Sequence record: DRR378314_1634
Direction: 5' to 3' (one strand)
Length of the DNA stretch: 47,605 bases
The notes under the pieces were generated by a model. That model was not told where the DNA came from and did not search any database. It worked only from the letters and a program-made list of their open reading frames with translations. The translations under genes were made by a program, and so were the position numbers. Below are positions 18,428-28,370 of the stretch, one piece after another (position 1 is the first letter of the stretch; each line of letters opens with the position of its first letter).

Positions 18428-19999
18428 ATGGCTCAATCTCCACAACCAGACCGTTCGCAAAAGGATAAGCCAGACAGTCTGTTAAATCGCCTTCTAGATG
18501 GCGTTGAAAAGGTCGGTAATAAACTGCCCGATCCGGCCGTCATGTTCTTTGGCTTATTAATCATTGTCTGGGTCATGTCGTGGCTGTTGTCCGGCGTGAG
18601 TTTTGATGAGAAGCACCCGCTTACGGGTGACTCTATTGGCGTCATCAACTTATTAAGCGGCACCGAGTTTACGGCTTTTCTTGCCAATATGGTTGATACC
18701 TTTATGGGTTTTGCGCCCCTGGGGGTTGTGCTGGTAGCTATGCTGGGTGTGGGTGTAGCCGAACGCTCGGGTTACATTAATGTCGCCATAAAACTCATGT
18801 TGAACGTTACACCAAAAACGCTGCTGACACCCATACTGATTCTGGTTGCTATAGTCAGCCATACGGCAGTTGATGCCGGTTACGTTCTGGTTATTCCTTT
18901 AGGCGGTGTTATTTTCTACGCGGCCGGCAGACATCCGCTGGCAGGTATTGCCGCTGCTTTTGCCGGTGTTTCTGGTGGTTTCAGTGCCAACTTTGTTCCT
19001 TCGGCAATCGACCCATTACTGCAGGGCTTTACTCAAAGTGCTGCGCAAATTATTGACGCTGACATGCAGTTGAATCCGCTGAACAACTATTTCTTTACCG
19101 CAGCCTCTTCAATTGTTGTCGTTGCTATTGGCTGGTTCCTGACGGACAAGGTGGTAGAGCCCCGTTTACGCGGTGCAGAAGTTGATGGCGACGCTGAAGA
19201 TATGCCAGCAATGGACGATGTGTCATCTCGTGACCGAAAAGCGTTTTATGCAGCAACACTGACTATGGTAGTTGGTTTAGCCTTGCTTTATTTTGCAGCG
19301 ACAGCCGAAGCTTCACCTCTAGCGGACCCGGCAACAGGAAAGCTCGCATCAGTTGGAGCGCCTCTTATGGGTATGATTGTACCGCTCATCTTCTTGCTGT
19401 TTATTATTCCGGGCATTGTTCACGGTTATGTTTCCGGTAACTTCGGTAACTCACAGGATGTTATCGGCGCAATGACTAAGTCAATGGAAGGCATGGCCTA
19501 CTATATGGTTATGGCGTTCTTCTGTGCCTTATTCATAAAAGCATTCGGGGATTCACAGCTCGGCACGTTAATATCCGTTAAAGGCGCTAACTTTCTGGCC
19601 AGCTTAGAGCTGTCCGGTGGGGTCACCATGGTAGGAATTGTGTTTCTGGTAGCTTTCATTAACTTATTTGTGGGTTCAGCATCGGCAAAATGGGCACTAA
19701 TATCCCCTATTTTCGTTCCTATGCTAATGCAGTTAGGCTATTCACCCGACTTAACTCAGGCGGCGTATCGTGTAGGTGATTCATCCAGTAATATTATTAC
19801 GCCGTTGCTACCTTACTTCCCGCTGGTCGTTCTTTATTGCCAGCGCTATGTTAAAGGCACTGGCATAGGTACTTTAGTGGCAATGATGCTGCCATATACC
19901 ATTGCTCTACTAATACTCTGGTCGGCGTTCCTTGTTCTATACTGGACCCTCGGTATTCCTCTGGGATTCCAGGCAAATTACGTGTACCCTGCGGGCTAA
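18428..19999 (+). CDS. AbgT-family transporter (paralog 2)
   Basis: VEKVGNKLPDP, GRHPLAG, GSASAKWA and AAYRVGDSSSNIITP. Confidence 0.92.
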   Translation: MAQSPQPDRSQKDKPDSLLNRLLDGVEKVGNKLPDPAVMFFGLLIIVWVMSWLLSGVSFDEKHPLTGDSIGVINLLSGTEFTAFLANMVDTFMGFAPLGVVLVAMLGVGVAERSGYINVAIKLMLNVTPKTLLTPILILVAIVSHTAVDAGYVLVIPLGGVIFYAAGRHPLAGIAAAFAGVSGGFSANFVPSAIDPLLQGFTQSAAQIIDADMQLNPLNNYFFTAASSIVVVAIGWFLTDKVVEPRLRGAEVDGDAEDMPAMDDVSSRDRKAFYAATLTMVVGLALLYFAATAEASPLADPATGKLASVGAPLMGMIVPLIFLLFIIPGIVHGYVSGNFGNSQDVIGAMTKSMEGMAYYMVMAFFCALFIKAFGDSQLGTLISVKGANFLASLELSGGVTMVGIVFLVAFINLFVGSASAKWALISPIFVPMLMQLGYSPDLTQAAYRVGDSSSNIITPLLPYFPLVVLYCQRYVKGTGIGTLVAMMLPYTIALLILWSAFLVLYWTLGIPLGFQANYVYPAG

Positions 20000-20023
20000 A
20001 TATCTGAATTTAAACTCGTATGA

Positions 20024-20060
20024 AAAACCAGTGAGTCACCTTAAGAAAGGTGGCTCACTG
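20024..20060. terminator. Probable bidirectional terminator between abgT2 and the chemoreceptor gene
   Basis: CAGTGAGTCACCTT-4 nt-AAGGTGGCTCACTG, followed by GTTTTT on the minus strand. It overlaps the chemoreceptor stop codon. Confidence 0.6.
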
Positions 20061-21336
20061 CATTTACGACATTCGTCGCACCTTCGTCTATCTCTTCTAT
20101 CAAGTTTTTCACTTTTTCAATTTGCTCTTTGCTCAGTTCTGCCATCTTTTGAATATCATCTATCGATGTCGATATCGCATGCGAGACTTCAGAGCTGCGC
20201 TCCATAACTCCGGAAATTTGACTGGTTGCCTGTGTCGTCCGTGACGCTAAGTTTCTTACTTCATCTGCAACAACGGCGAATCCCCGTCCGTGTTCTCCGG
20301 CTCTGGCCGCCTCAATAGCTGCGTTCAACGCCAATAAATTCGTTTGGTCTGCCAGACCATTAATCGTTTTCACAATATCCTCGATATTGCGAGCCTGCTC
20401 ATGAAGCTGTTCAATAACTTCATCTGTTTTATTACTTTTAGACAAAATCTCATTCGAGGTTTCTACAGAAACCTCTATCGAGGCTTTTCCATCTCGGACA
20501 ATAGCAGCCGTTTGCTTTGAGGTAGAATAAGCCACTGCAGCAGCTTCCGCAGTTTGCTGAGCTTTCACCACGCTGGCCGTTACGTCACTGGCGAATTTAA
20601 TAACTTTTGTCACCTGCCCATTCTCATCAAAAATGGGGTTGTAGCTGGCTTCAAGCCAAATCGCCTCTCCATGCTTACTCAGCCGTTTAAATTGCCCTGT
20701 TTTAAACTGGCCGTTACTCAGTTCTTTCCAAAAGCTGGGGTTTTCATCATAAAACGCCTGTTCACAAAACATGCTGTGATGGCGCCCTTTAATTTCATCT
20801 GCACGGTAACCTATTGTGTCTAAAAAGTTCTTATTGGCACGAATAATCTCGCCCGATGGAGAAAACTCTATTGTTGCCATAGACTTATCAATTGCAGTGC
20901 TAACAGCTACCTGATGCTCTAACTCCAGAACTTCGCGAGTCACATCTTTCGCTATTTTAGTTATATATTCGACCTGCCCTTCTGAGTTTTTAATCGGAAA
21001 ATAAGAAGCCTCCAGCCATATAACATTGCCGTTGTTACAGAACCTCTTAAAACGGCCATGGTGAGATTGCCCCTGTGCCAATTGTTTCCAAAAGTTCTGG
21101 TACTCCGTGCTTGTTGCATAGTTCTTATCACAAAAGGTTTTGTGGTGCTTGGACACTATCTCGTCAAGCCGATAACCCATAGCTTCTAGAAACAAGTTAT
21201 TCGCATTTATGATGTAACCTTGAGGAGTAAAATCAATTCGGGCAATATTACCGTCAATGGCGTTTATCAGTTGCTCGTATTCACTCAGCTCTTTACTGGT
21301 TTGTGCAAGCTGATACTTCGTTTTTGAGCCAAACAT
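20041..21336 (-). CDS. Soluble PAS-PAS methyl-accepting chemotaxis protein (BdlA-like architecture)
   Basis: Two PAS/PAC repeats (IWLEASY) and the MCP hairpin [31 protein letters not shown]. No TM segment. Confidence 0.9.
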   Translation of the reverse strand: MFGSKTKYQLAQTSKELSEYEQLINAIDGNIARIDFTPQGYIINANNLFLEAMGYRLDEIVSKHHKTFCDKNYATSTEYQNFWKQLAQGQSHHGRFKRFCNNGNVIWLEASYFPIKNSEGQVEYITKIAKDVTREVLELEHQVAVSTAIDKSMATIEFSPSGEIIRANKNFLDTIGYRADEIKGRHHSMFCEQAFYDENPSFWKELSNGQFKTGQFKRLSKHGEAIWLEASYNPIFDENGQVTKVIKFASDVTASVVKAQQTAEAAAVAYSTSKQTAAIVRDGKASIEVSVETSNEILSKSNKTDEVIEQLHEQARNIEDIVKTINGLADQTNLLALNAAIEAARAGEHGRGFAVVADEVRNLASRTTQATSQISGVMERSSEVSHAISTSIDDIQKMAELSKEQIEKVKNLIEEIDEGATNVVNAVSHLS

Positions 21337-21485
21337 GGGGCTTTCCTACTCATAATAAATAAAAATTAATATGAGAAGATACGCTCAGCAAAATGGTTCA
21401 GGATCATTTGTGAGCGTTTTATTGAGTGGAAATTCAGATAAATTGAAATATATCAATGACTCGCTGATGGGATTTTTTACTTCTG

Positions 21486-21899
21486 CTAAGCACTCCAGGC
21501 AGGATTCCAGGTTACTTCCCAAATATGTCCGTCTGGATCTTTGAAAAAACCACCGTAGCCCCCCCAAAATAAGTCCTTTGCGGGTTTAAGAATATCGGCC
21601 CCTGACCTTTCCGCTTCCATCATAACTTCATCAACTGCACTGCGCGAATTAACGTTATGGCTTAACAACACTTCATTCGCTGCACGGGCAACTTCAACGC
21701 CCATTTCTGCAGCAATACTTTTACGTGGCCATAAAGCCAGTCTGAGCCCACTGGGTAACTTAAAGAACACGACAGCACCATGCTCAAACTCTTCACCAAT
21801 AATGCCATCGGTTTCCCAACCCAGGCCGTCCTGATAGAACGCCAATGAACGTTTCAGATCATCAACACCTAAAGTGATCACACTAATACTGGGGTTCAT
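21486..21899 (-). CDS. VOC/glyoxalase-family protein
   Basis: ISVITLGVDDLKRSLAFY and FWGGYGGFFKDPDGHIWEV. Confidence 0.88.
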   Translation of the reverse strand: MNPSISVITLGVDDLKRSLAFYQDGLGWETDGIIGEEFEHGAVVFFKLPSGLRLALWPRKSIAAEMGVEVARAANEVLLSHNVNSRSAVDEVMMEAERSGADILKPAKDLFWGGYGGFFKDPDGHIWEVTWNPAWSA

Positions 21900-21929
21900 A
21901 GAACATCTTCACGGTTAACGCTAAACTCT

Positions 21930-21950
21930 TGCTATGTACTCTACATAGCA
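21930..21950. promoter_or_regulatory. Perfect palindrome in a divergent intergenic region, candidate operator
   Basis: TGCTATGTA-CTC-TACATAGCA, 9-bp arms. Confidence 0.4.
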
Positions 21951-21969
21951 TCGATACTCGGGTCAAAAC

Positions 21970-22383
21970 ATGGATAAAGAACTGCTAAATAACTATAAAA
22001 ATACGGATTATTGGTTCGCAGTTGGGAAAAAGACAATCACTTTGACGATAGGTCAAAAGAATAATGACTTTGACCGTTTATGCGAGCGCTTTGATCAAAC
22101 TACAGGCACCTTTATCACCGCCTGTAACCCACAAAGCCAACTGCTTACAAAGAGCGAAAATAAAATCAGAAACGAGCAATTAGCGACTCTTTTAGAACAA
22201 ATGACTGAAATTCACTGTTTTTCAGGAGAAGGTCAGGACCGCGACAAGCAATGGCCGCCGGAAGCCAGTTTTATGGTCTTAGGCCTCAAGAAAAAAACAG
22301 CCATTGACCTGGCACGAGAGTACCAGCAAAATGCGCTGGTCTGGATTGAATACCAACAAGCTGCAGTACTCATCGACGTATGA
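21970..22383 (+). CDS. DUF3293-like protein
   Basis: YKNTDY, FITACNPQSQ, WPPEASF and LAREYQQNA resemble the DUF3293 pattern. Confidence 0.75.
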   Translation: MDKELLNNYKNTDYWFAVGKKTITLTIGQKNNDFDRLCERFDQTTGTFITACNPQSQLLTKSENKIRNEQLATLLEQMTEIHCFSGEGQDRDKQWPPEASFMVLGLKKKTAIDLAREYQQNALVWIEYQQAAVLIDV

Positions 22384-22452
22384 GTTAAGGGGTCACCATG
22401 CCATCACACCATAGCCGCTGATAAACAAGCCTTTATTTATGCGATCATCGCC

Positions 22453-23304
22453 GTGCTTTTATGGTCAACGGTGGCTACCGCATTCAAAATAACCCTGCAG
22501 TACATGACACCGTTGCAGATGGTTACTGCTGCCAGTAGTGTTTCTTTTGTCATTTTAGGCCTGGTCTGCCTTATTCAGAAAAAGACCGGTGAACTGATAC
22601 TTGAGCTACGTAAAATGCCCTTGTATTACCTGCTCATGGGACTTATTAATCCGCTTATTTACTATCTGGTGCTTTTTCAGGCATATAAACTGCTGCCAGC
22701 CTCCGAAGCTCAACCACTTAATTACACCTGGGCCATTGCCCTTAGCATTATGGCCGCTCTGTTTTTAAAACAAAGCATACGCCGTCGCGACTGGGTTGCC
22801 TGCGCCTTAGGTTATTTTGGAGTTCTGGTTATTGCCACACGCGGTAATGTGCTGGAGCTTAGTTTCAGCGACCCCTGGGGCGTTACACTGGCGTTAATTT
22901 CCACTTTCTTGTGGGCTGGCTACTGGATCCTGAATACACGCCGTAACGCCGACTCTGTTGTTAGCTTAGTACTTTCTTTCGGCTTAGCCTTACCCATACT
23001 TATTGTCGCCAGCTTCATATGGAGTGACTGGTCTGCAATACCCTGGCAAGGCTGGGCAGCGGTAAGCTACGTAGGCTTATTTGAAATGGGAATAACCTTC
23101 CTATTCTGGTTGAAAGCCATGAAAACAGCCACCAATACGGCACTTATCAGCAACTTAATTTTTATTTCGCCCTTTATCTCGCTGTTGCTGCTCTCGGTCG
23201 TGATTGGCGAAACCATTTATCCAAGTACGCTAGTTGGGCTTATGCTTATTATTTTCGGACTGTTAGTTCAACGTATTCACTTTCGGCGTAAGCTTAAGCC
23301 ATAG
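22453..23304 (+). CDS. DMT/EamA-family transporter; true 5' end uncertain, possibly frameshifted
   Basis: LLWSTVATAFK, AQPLNYTW, YVGLFEMG and LIFISPF. The frame stays open upstream (ADKQAFIYAIIAV) but has no in-frame ATG. Confidence 0.8.
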   Translation: MLLWSTVATAFKITLQYMTPLQMVTAASSVSFVILGLVCLIQKKTGELILELRKMPLYYLLMGLINPLIYYLVLFQAYKLLPASEAQPLNYTWAIALSIMAALFLKQSIRRRDWVACALGYFGVLVIATRGNVLELSFSDPWGVTLALISTFLWAGYWILNTRRNADSVVSLVLSFGLALPILIVASFIWSDWSAIPWQGWAAVSYVGLFEMGITFLFWLKAMKTATNTALISNLIFISPFISLLLLSVVIGETIYPSTLVGLMLIIFGLLVQRIHFRRKLKP

Positions 23305-24349
23305 CCTTATTCACAATCTCATCAGCGGCTTCTTTGTCATCTTTATCCGGCGACGGACCATCGCCGGCACCATTTTCTCCCGGTGCTAAAGCAAGCTCTG
23401 TCAGTAATGGAAAATGATCTGACCCAAAACCCGGTAGGCGAGTCATTGAAACCAGAGCAAAATGGTGGCTGTGGAATATATGATCCAGCGGCCAGCGGGC
23501 AAACCAGTACTCCGCATGGAAGGTATTAAACATGCCTCGACCAATACGGGGGTCCAACAAGCCACTAAGCTTGCGGAAAAGAAGCGTAGTGCGCGACCAG
23601 GCAACGTCGTTCAAATCACCAGTGACTATAGTCGGATATTTCTCCGGCTCTACCCGACGAGCGACCAGCACCAGTTCAGCATCCCGCTCTTCCGACTCTT
23701 CATTTTCAGAAGGGCTGGGTGGCGCCGGATGCACAAAATGCGCTTTTACTTTCTGCCCGCAAGGCAGTTCAATAAAACAATGTACCGACGGTTTATCGTC
23801 TTCAACCAAATATTCAACACTGACATCAGACAAAGCATAACGAGAATACACGTGCATGCCGTAGAGGTTATCCAAAGGCACCTTTACCGTATGCGGATAA
23901 TCCGATTCAATCGCATCCAGCTTCTCCTGCCACCAGTCATCAGACTCAAGTGTGACCAGTACATCTGGCGTAAAGTCATGAACAAGCTTGAGCAAGCCGT
24001 CACTATTATGATTGGGAGTAAGAACATTCGCGGTCATAATGCGCAAGCGCCCGTTAGCATTACCCGGTCGCACAGCTTCAACTTCCTTAGGAAAGAAAAA
24101 GGTATAGGGCACAACCCACCAGAGCTGACAGACCAGACAACCAATAATCAGACCCAGCGTTACCGCGTTAATTGAACTCCAGTCGCGTATAACAACCAAC
24201 CCTACTATGAGCAAGGCAGCTAATAACACCGACAGCTGCAAACGCGGAAAATCCAAACCCCGTATCCACCAAACTTGCGCTCGGGACAATGGCGCCAGGG
24301 TAAGGACCAACAGTAATACCGCTAGAGAAAGATAAATAATTTCAAACAT
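23294..24349 (-). CDS. Endonuclease/exonuclease/phosphatase-family membrane-anchored protein
   Basis: N-terminal TM segments, MTANV, LES, GDLNDV, LDHIF and GSDHFP. Confidence 0.88.
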   Translation of the reverse strand: MFEIIYLSLAVLLLVLTLAPLSRAQVWWIRGLDFPRLQLSVLLAALLIVGLVVIRDWSSINAVTLGLIIGCLVCQLWWVVPYTFFFPKEVEAVRPGNANGRLRIMTANVLTPNHNSDGLLKLVHDFTPDVLVTLESDDWWQEKLDAIESDYPHTVKVPLDNLYGMHVYSRYALSDVSVEYLVEDDKPSVHCFIELPCGQKVKAHFVHPAPPSPSENEESEERDAELVLVARRVEPEKYPTIVTGDLNDVAWSRTTLLFRKLSGLLDPRIGRGMFNTFHAEYWFARWPLDHIFHSHHFALVSMTRLPGFGSDHFPLLTELALAPGENGAGDGPSPDKDDKEAADEIVNKAMA

Positions 24350-24450
24350 GCTGGCTCTCAATGCTTCTCAGATAAGAAAACCATAGCACAGCTGCAAAGG
24401 ATAAGGTGAAAGGAAGTGTTAACGCTCCTACGGATAGAGCGGGGATAGGG

Positions 24451-24578
24451 AGTCAGAAACTAAAAAGAGTTAGATAAAAGCGAAGGAACTGTGTGACGCC
24501 ATGGATGGCGTCACCCAAGCCCCCAAGGATGGGTTTACGGCGTGTTCCGAAGCTTTATCTAACTCTTTGTTTCTGACT
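24451..24578 (+). ncRNA. TwoAYGGAY-like structured RNA/repeat element with CsrA-type GGA loops
   Basis: Long basal stem (AGTCAGAAAC/GTTTCTGACT, AAAGAGTTAGATAAA/TTTATCTAACTCTTT, GGAAC/GTTCC) closing two hairpins, GTGACGCC-ATGGAT-GGCGTCAC and AAGCCC-CCAAGGAT-GGGTTT. Family assignment is by resemblance only. Confidence 0.7.
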
Positions 24579-26151
24579 AGACCATATTTACCAGCATGCT
24601 GGTTGGGTCTTCGAGGTATTCCTGCCAGAGTTTGTTGAAACGGGCAATGGTACCGCCATCGATAATACGATGATCGCCTGACCAGCTTACCGTCATTATC
24701 TTACGGGCAACCACGTTACCGTTGGCATCAAAGCGCGGCAGTTCCTGCACCTTACCTAAAGCGACAATCGCGGCTTCAGGTTTATTGATGATAGGAGTTG
24801 CCACCGTACCGCCAATAACACCAATGTTTGAAATGCTGATGGTACCGCCTTTCATATCGGCTTGCGGCAACTTGCCTTCACGCGATGCCTGAGTCAGACG
24901 AGTGACCTCATTAGCTACATCAATGATGCTTTTGTTTTGTACCTGTTTTACGTTAGGTACTAACAGGCCAATTTTGGTGTCAACGGCCATACCAATGTTG
25001 TGATCATCAAAATAAGTGATCTCAGTACAATCTTCATTTACCTGCGCATTCATCACAGGGAATTCTTTCAGTGCCAGCGACAGAGCTTTGATAAAGAATG
25101 GCATGACAGTTAAACGAATGCCCTTCTCTTTGTATTGCTCTTTTAGCTTTTCACGCAATGCGATTAAGTCAGTAACATCAAACTCATCGGCGTAAGTAAA
25201 ATGCGGAATCGTACTGACCGAGCTCATCATTTGCTTAGCCATGGCTGCTTTCACACCGCGGATAGCTTCGGTACGAGTACCACCGCTAGCAGCAGCTTTT
25301 TGCGGTTGCTGACTATCGCTTGATACCGCTGACTTCTGCTCACCCGATTTAAAGGCTTCAATATCTTGCTTCAGAACCCGGCCTTTTTTACCTGAACCTG
25401 GTACTTCAGCAATGTTAATATCGCTCTCACGTGCCAAACGACGCACTGCCGGGCTGGCAACTGCTTTGCCCTGACGCGCTTTCGCTGGTGGCTCCGCTTC
25501 TGCTTTGGATGCAGATGGCGAAGTCTTAGAATCGGGGTCAACATGACTCTGCGGTGCATTTGAACCCGATTCTTGAACACCGCCCGCAGGCTTCAACGCA
25601 AACAACGGCTTATGTACTTCCGCAATATCACCTTTTTTGTGATACAACTTAACCACAGTACCGTCGTCTTTAGCCGGAATTTCAACCGTAGCTTTGTCCG
25701 TCATGACTTCAACAACCGGCTGATCTTCTTTAACTTCGTCGCCTTCAGACACCAGCCATTCAACGATTTCGCACTCAACAATACCTTCGCCAATATCAGG
25801 CAAAATAAAGTCAGTTGTATCACCGCTGCTTGAGGTTTGTTTTTCCTCTGTTTTCGGTTCTTCTTTTTTAGTCGGCTCGCTTTCTTTAGCAGGCGCCTCA
25901 TCAGAAGAGCCGTCAGCTGGCTTTATCGCAAATAACGGTTCGTGAACCTTGGCAATATCACCTTTCTGGTAATACAGTTTTTCCACAATGCCGTCGTCTT
26001 TGGCCGGGATCTCAACCATAGCTTTGTCGGTCATAACCTCAACTACGGGTTGGTCTTCTTTAACTTCGTCACCTTCGGCAACCAGCCACTCAACGATTTC
26101 GCACTCTACGATCCCTTCGCCGATATCGGGCAGAATAAAGTCTTTACTCAT
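24577..26151 (-). CDS. bkdB: Branched-chain 2-oxoacid dehydrogenase E2 with two lipoyl domains
   Basis: Two DFILPDIGEG...MTDKA lipoyl domains, binding domain ASPAVRRLARE, and catalytic DHRIIDG. Confidence 0.92.
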   Translation of the reverse strand: MSKDFILPDIGEGIVECEIVEWLVAEGDEVKEDQPVVEVMTDKAMVEIPAKDDGIVEKLYYQKGDIAKVHEPLFAIKPADGSSDEAPAKESEPTKKEEPKTEEKQTSSSGDTTDFILPDIGEGIVECEIVEWLVSEGDEVKEDQPVVEVMTDKATVEIPAKDDGTVVKLYHKKGDIAEVHKPLFALKPAGGVQESGSNAPQSHVDPDSKTSPSASKAEAEPPAKARQGKAVASPAVRRLARESDINIAEVPGSGKKGRVLKQDIEAFKSGEQKSAVSSDSQQPQKAAASGGTRTEAIRGVKAAMAKQMMSSVSTIPHFTYADEFDVTDLIALREKLKEQYKEKGIRLTVMPFFIKALSLALKEFPVMNAQVNEDCTEITYFDDHNIGMAVDTKIGLLVPNVKQVQNKSIIDVANEVTRLTQASREGKLPQADMKGGTISISNIGVIGGTVATPIINKPEAAIVALGKVQELPRFDANGNVVARKIMTVSWSGDHRIIDGGTIARFNKLWQEYLEDPTSMLVNMV

Positions 26152-26163
26152 GTCGATGGGTCC

Positions 26164-27141
26164 TTAGTAGTTCATTGAGCGTTTGATCGCTTCATAAATC
26201 TTCAAGTGATCAGCCATGTACTCTTTTTCGTGACACAGCGGATACGGTACGTCGATACCGCACACTCGACCAATTGGCGATTCCAGATACAGGAAGCATT
26301 TGTCCTGAACTGTCGCTGCAATTTCGCTGGCGAAGCCACCGGTAATAGGTGCTTCCTGAGTGATCACCAAACGACCGGTTTTTAAAACCGATTGTGTAAC
26401 GGTTTCAACATCCCATGGAGAAATAGTACGCAAATCAATGACTTCGCACGAAACGCCGTCTTCTTCAGATTTTTCCACCGCTTTTTCAATCATTTCCATC
26501 TGCGCGCCCCAGCCAAGAACGGTAATATCTTTACCTTCTTTGACCACGTCAGCTTTGCCTAATGGAATGGTGTATTCTTCTTCTGGAACATCGCCTGTTG
26601 AAGCGCGGTACAACCGCTTAGGCTCCATAAACAAGACCGGGTTTTTGTCAAAAATAGCGCTTAGCAGTAACCCTTTGGCTTCATACGGGTTACGCGGGGT
26701 CACAATTTTGATTCCCGGCGTATGCGCAAAGTAGGCTTCCGGAGACTGTGAGTGATAATGACCACCTGCGATACCACCACCGTACGGGGTACGAATGGTT
26801 AAACCACCCACATTGAACTCATTACCTGAACGATAACGGAACTTGGCCGTCTCGTTCACTATTTGGTCAAACGCCGGGAAAATGTAGTCCCCGAACTGAA
26901 TTTCGGCAATGGCATAACTGCCTTGTGACGCCAGGCCATTAGCAAAACCAATAATACCCTGCTCAACCAGTGGGGTATTAAAGTTACGATGCTTGCCGTA
27001 TTTTTCAGTCAACCCGGAAGTGGCGCGGAATACACCACCAAAACCACCGGTATCTTCACCAAAGCTGTATACGTTGTCATGCTTAGCCATCGCCAGGTCT
27101 AGCGCGCTGTTGATGGCCTGTAATAAATTCATTTTAGCCAT
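26164..27141 (-). CDS. bkdA2: Branched-chain 2-oxoacid dehydrogenase E1 beta
   Basis: [34 protein letters not shown] and VIDLRT. Confidence 0.92.
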   Translation of the reverse strand: MAKMNLLQAINSALDLAMAKHDNVYSFGEDTGGFGGVFRATSGLTEKYGKHRNFNTPLVEQGIIGFANGLASQGSYAIAEIQFGDYIFPAFDQIVNETAKFRYRSGNEFNVGGLTIRTPYGGGIAGGHYHSQSPEAYFAHTPGIKIVTPRNPYEAKGLLLSAIFDKNPVLFMEPKRLYRASTGDVPEEEYTIPLGKADVVKEGKDITVLGWGAQMEMIEKAVEKSEEDGVSCEVIDLRTISPWDVETVTQSVLKTGRLVITQEAPITGGFASEIAATVQDKCFLYLESPIGRVCGIDVPYPLCHEKEYMADHLKIYEAIKRSMNY

Positions 27142-28328
27142 TAGTCCAGTCTCCCCGACGTTTTACTATAGGCATCCGGGTATTTACGGATGTGCTCTTT
27201 CAACTCGTCTAACTGCTCTTTCAGCATGTCAGTCGGTTCGTCGTAAACATCATTGATCAGCTCATCAATGTGCGGGACCGGCACTTTTTCTGACTCTTTT
27301 AACGCCGCCAGAACTTTGGCCTTCACTTCAGCGTGATGCTCTTCAACGTGGTCTTTATCCAACCAGCCTTCGTTTGTCATCCACTTTTGTAAACGCTCAA
27401 GCGGATCTTTCGCCTGCCAACCAGCTTCTTCATCACGCGTACGGTAACCAGTAGGGTCATCCGAAGTCGAGTGACCAGACATGCGATAAGACATGGCTTC
27501 AATTAAAACAGGTTCGTTTTCCTCTACAGCCAGACGACGAGCTTCCTGTGTCGCTTTTAGTACAGCGAACACGTCGTTACCGTCAATACGTATGGTTTTC
27601 ATACCATAGCCGATACCACGCGGTGCAATACCGTCACCGGCATACTGTTCGCCTTGCGCCGGTGTAGAAATAGCGTAGCCATTATTACGGCAGAAGAAGA
27701 TGACCGGCACTTTGTAAACCGACGCCATGTTCAAGGCGGCGTGGAAGTCACCTTCAGAGGCAGCACCTTCACCGAAGTAACAGATAGTGCACTTCTCGGT
27801 TTTATCCATTTTCTGACCAAACGCATAACCTGTTGCCTGTGGAATCTGTGTTCCCAACGGCGAAGAAATGGTCATAAAGTTTAAGTCAGCGCAACCGTAG
27901 TGAACCGGCATCTGGCGGCCTTTACCTAAGTCTTTTTCGTTCGAAAACAGCTGATTCATAAACTGTTCAACGGTAAAGCCACGGTAAGCTAATGCGCCCT
28001 GCTCACGGTATTGACCCATGATCATATCACCAGCATCCAGCGCGGCGGCAGACGCCACACTCTCGGCTTCCTCACCTCGTGAGGCCAGGTAAAAACTGAT
28101 ACGGCCCTGGCGCTGTGCGGCGATCATGCGTTCATCGAGAATACGGATAAATTGCATGGTGTCGTGAATTTTCACGATCAGCTCTTTATCGTACTCCGGC
28201 ATATCCGCATCTTTATGAAAACTGCCATCTTCTTTTAAGATTTGCAGCATTGGAATTGTGACTGAGTCTTTATCAAACCATTTCGGTTTCGTCACAATTT
28301 CTGTGTCGTGTTTTTTATCCTTGACCAT
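27141..28328 (-). CDS. bkdA1: Branched-chain 2-oxoacid dehydrogenase E1 alpha
   Basis: [20 protein letters not shown], ThDP motif [10 protein letters not shown]...NN and HSTSDDP. Confidence 0.92.
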   Translation of the reverse strand: MVKDKKHDTEIVTKPKWFDKDSVTIPMLQILKEDGSFHKDADMPEYDKELIVKIHDTMQFIRILDERMIAAQRQGRISFYLASRGEEAESVASAAALDAGDMIMGQYREQGALAYRGFTVEQFMNQLFSNEKDLGKGRQMPVHYGCADLNFMTISSPLGTQIPQATGYAFGQKMDKTEKCTICYFGEGAASEGDFHAALNMASVYKVPVIFFCRNNGYAISTPAQGEQYAGDGIAPRGIGYGMKTIRIDGNDVFAVLKATQEARRLAVEENEPVLIEAMSYRMSGHSTSDDPTGYRTRDEEAGWQAKDPLERLQKWMTNEGWLDKDHVEEHHAEVKAKVLAALKESEKVPVPHIDELINDVYDEPTDMLKEQLDELKEHIRKYPDAYSKTSGRLD

Positions 28329-28370
28329 AACCTTCTCTTTCGGTTTTAAGCTGGGTTGGAAATTGCCGCT

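Noticed and set aside
18332..18460. N-terminal extension of rnhB in the ORF track
   Set aside because: It overlaps the divergent abgT start and lacks RNase HII character.
23462..24175. 237-aa plus-strand ORF
   Set aside because: It lies entirely antisense to the well-supported EEP gene and has no recognisable motif, so it is a shadow ORF.
25590..26151. Internal DNA duplication in bkdB
   Set aside because: Explained by two tandem lipoyl domains, not a mobile repeat.
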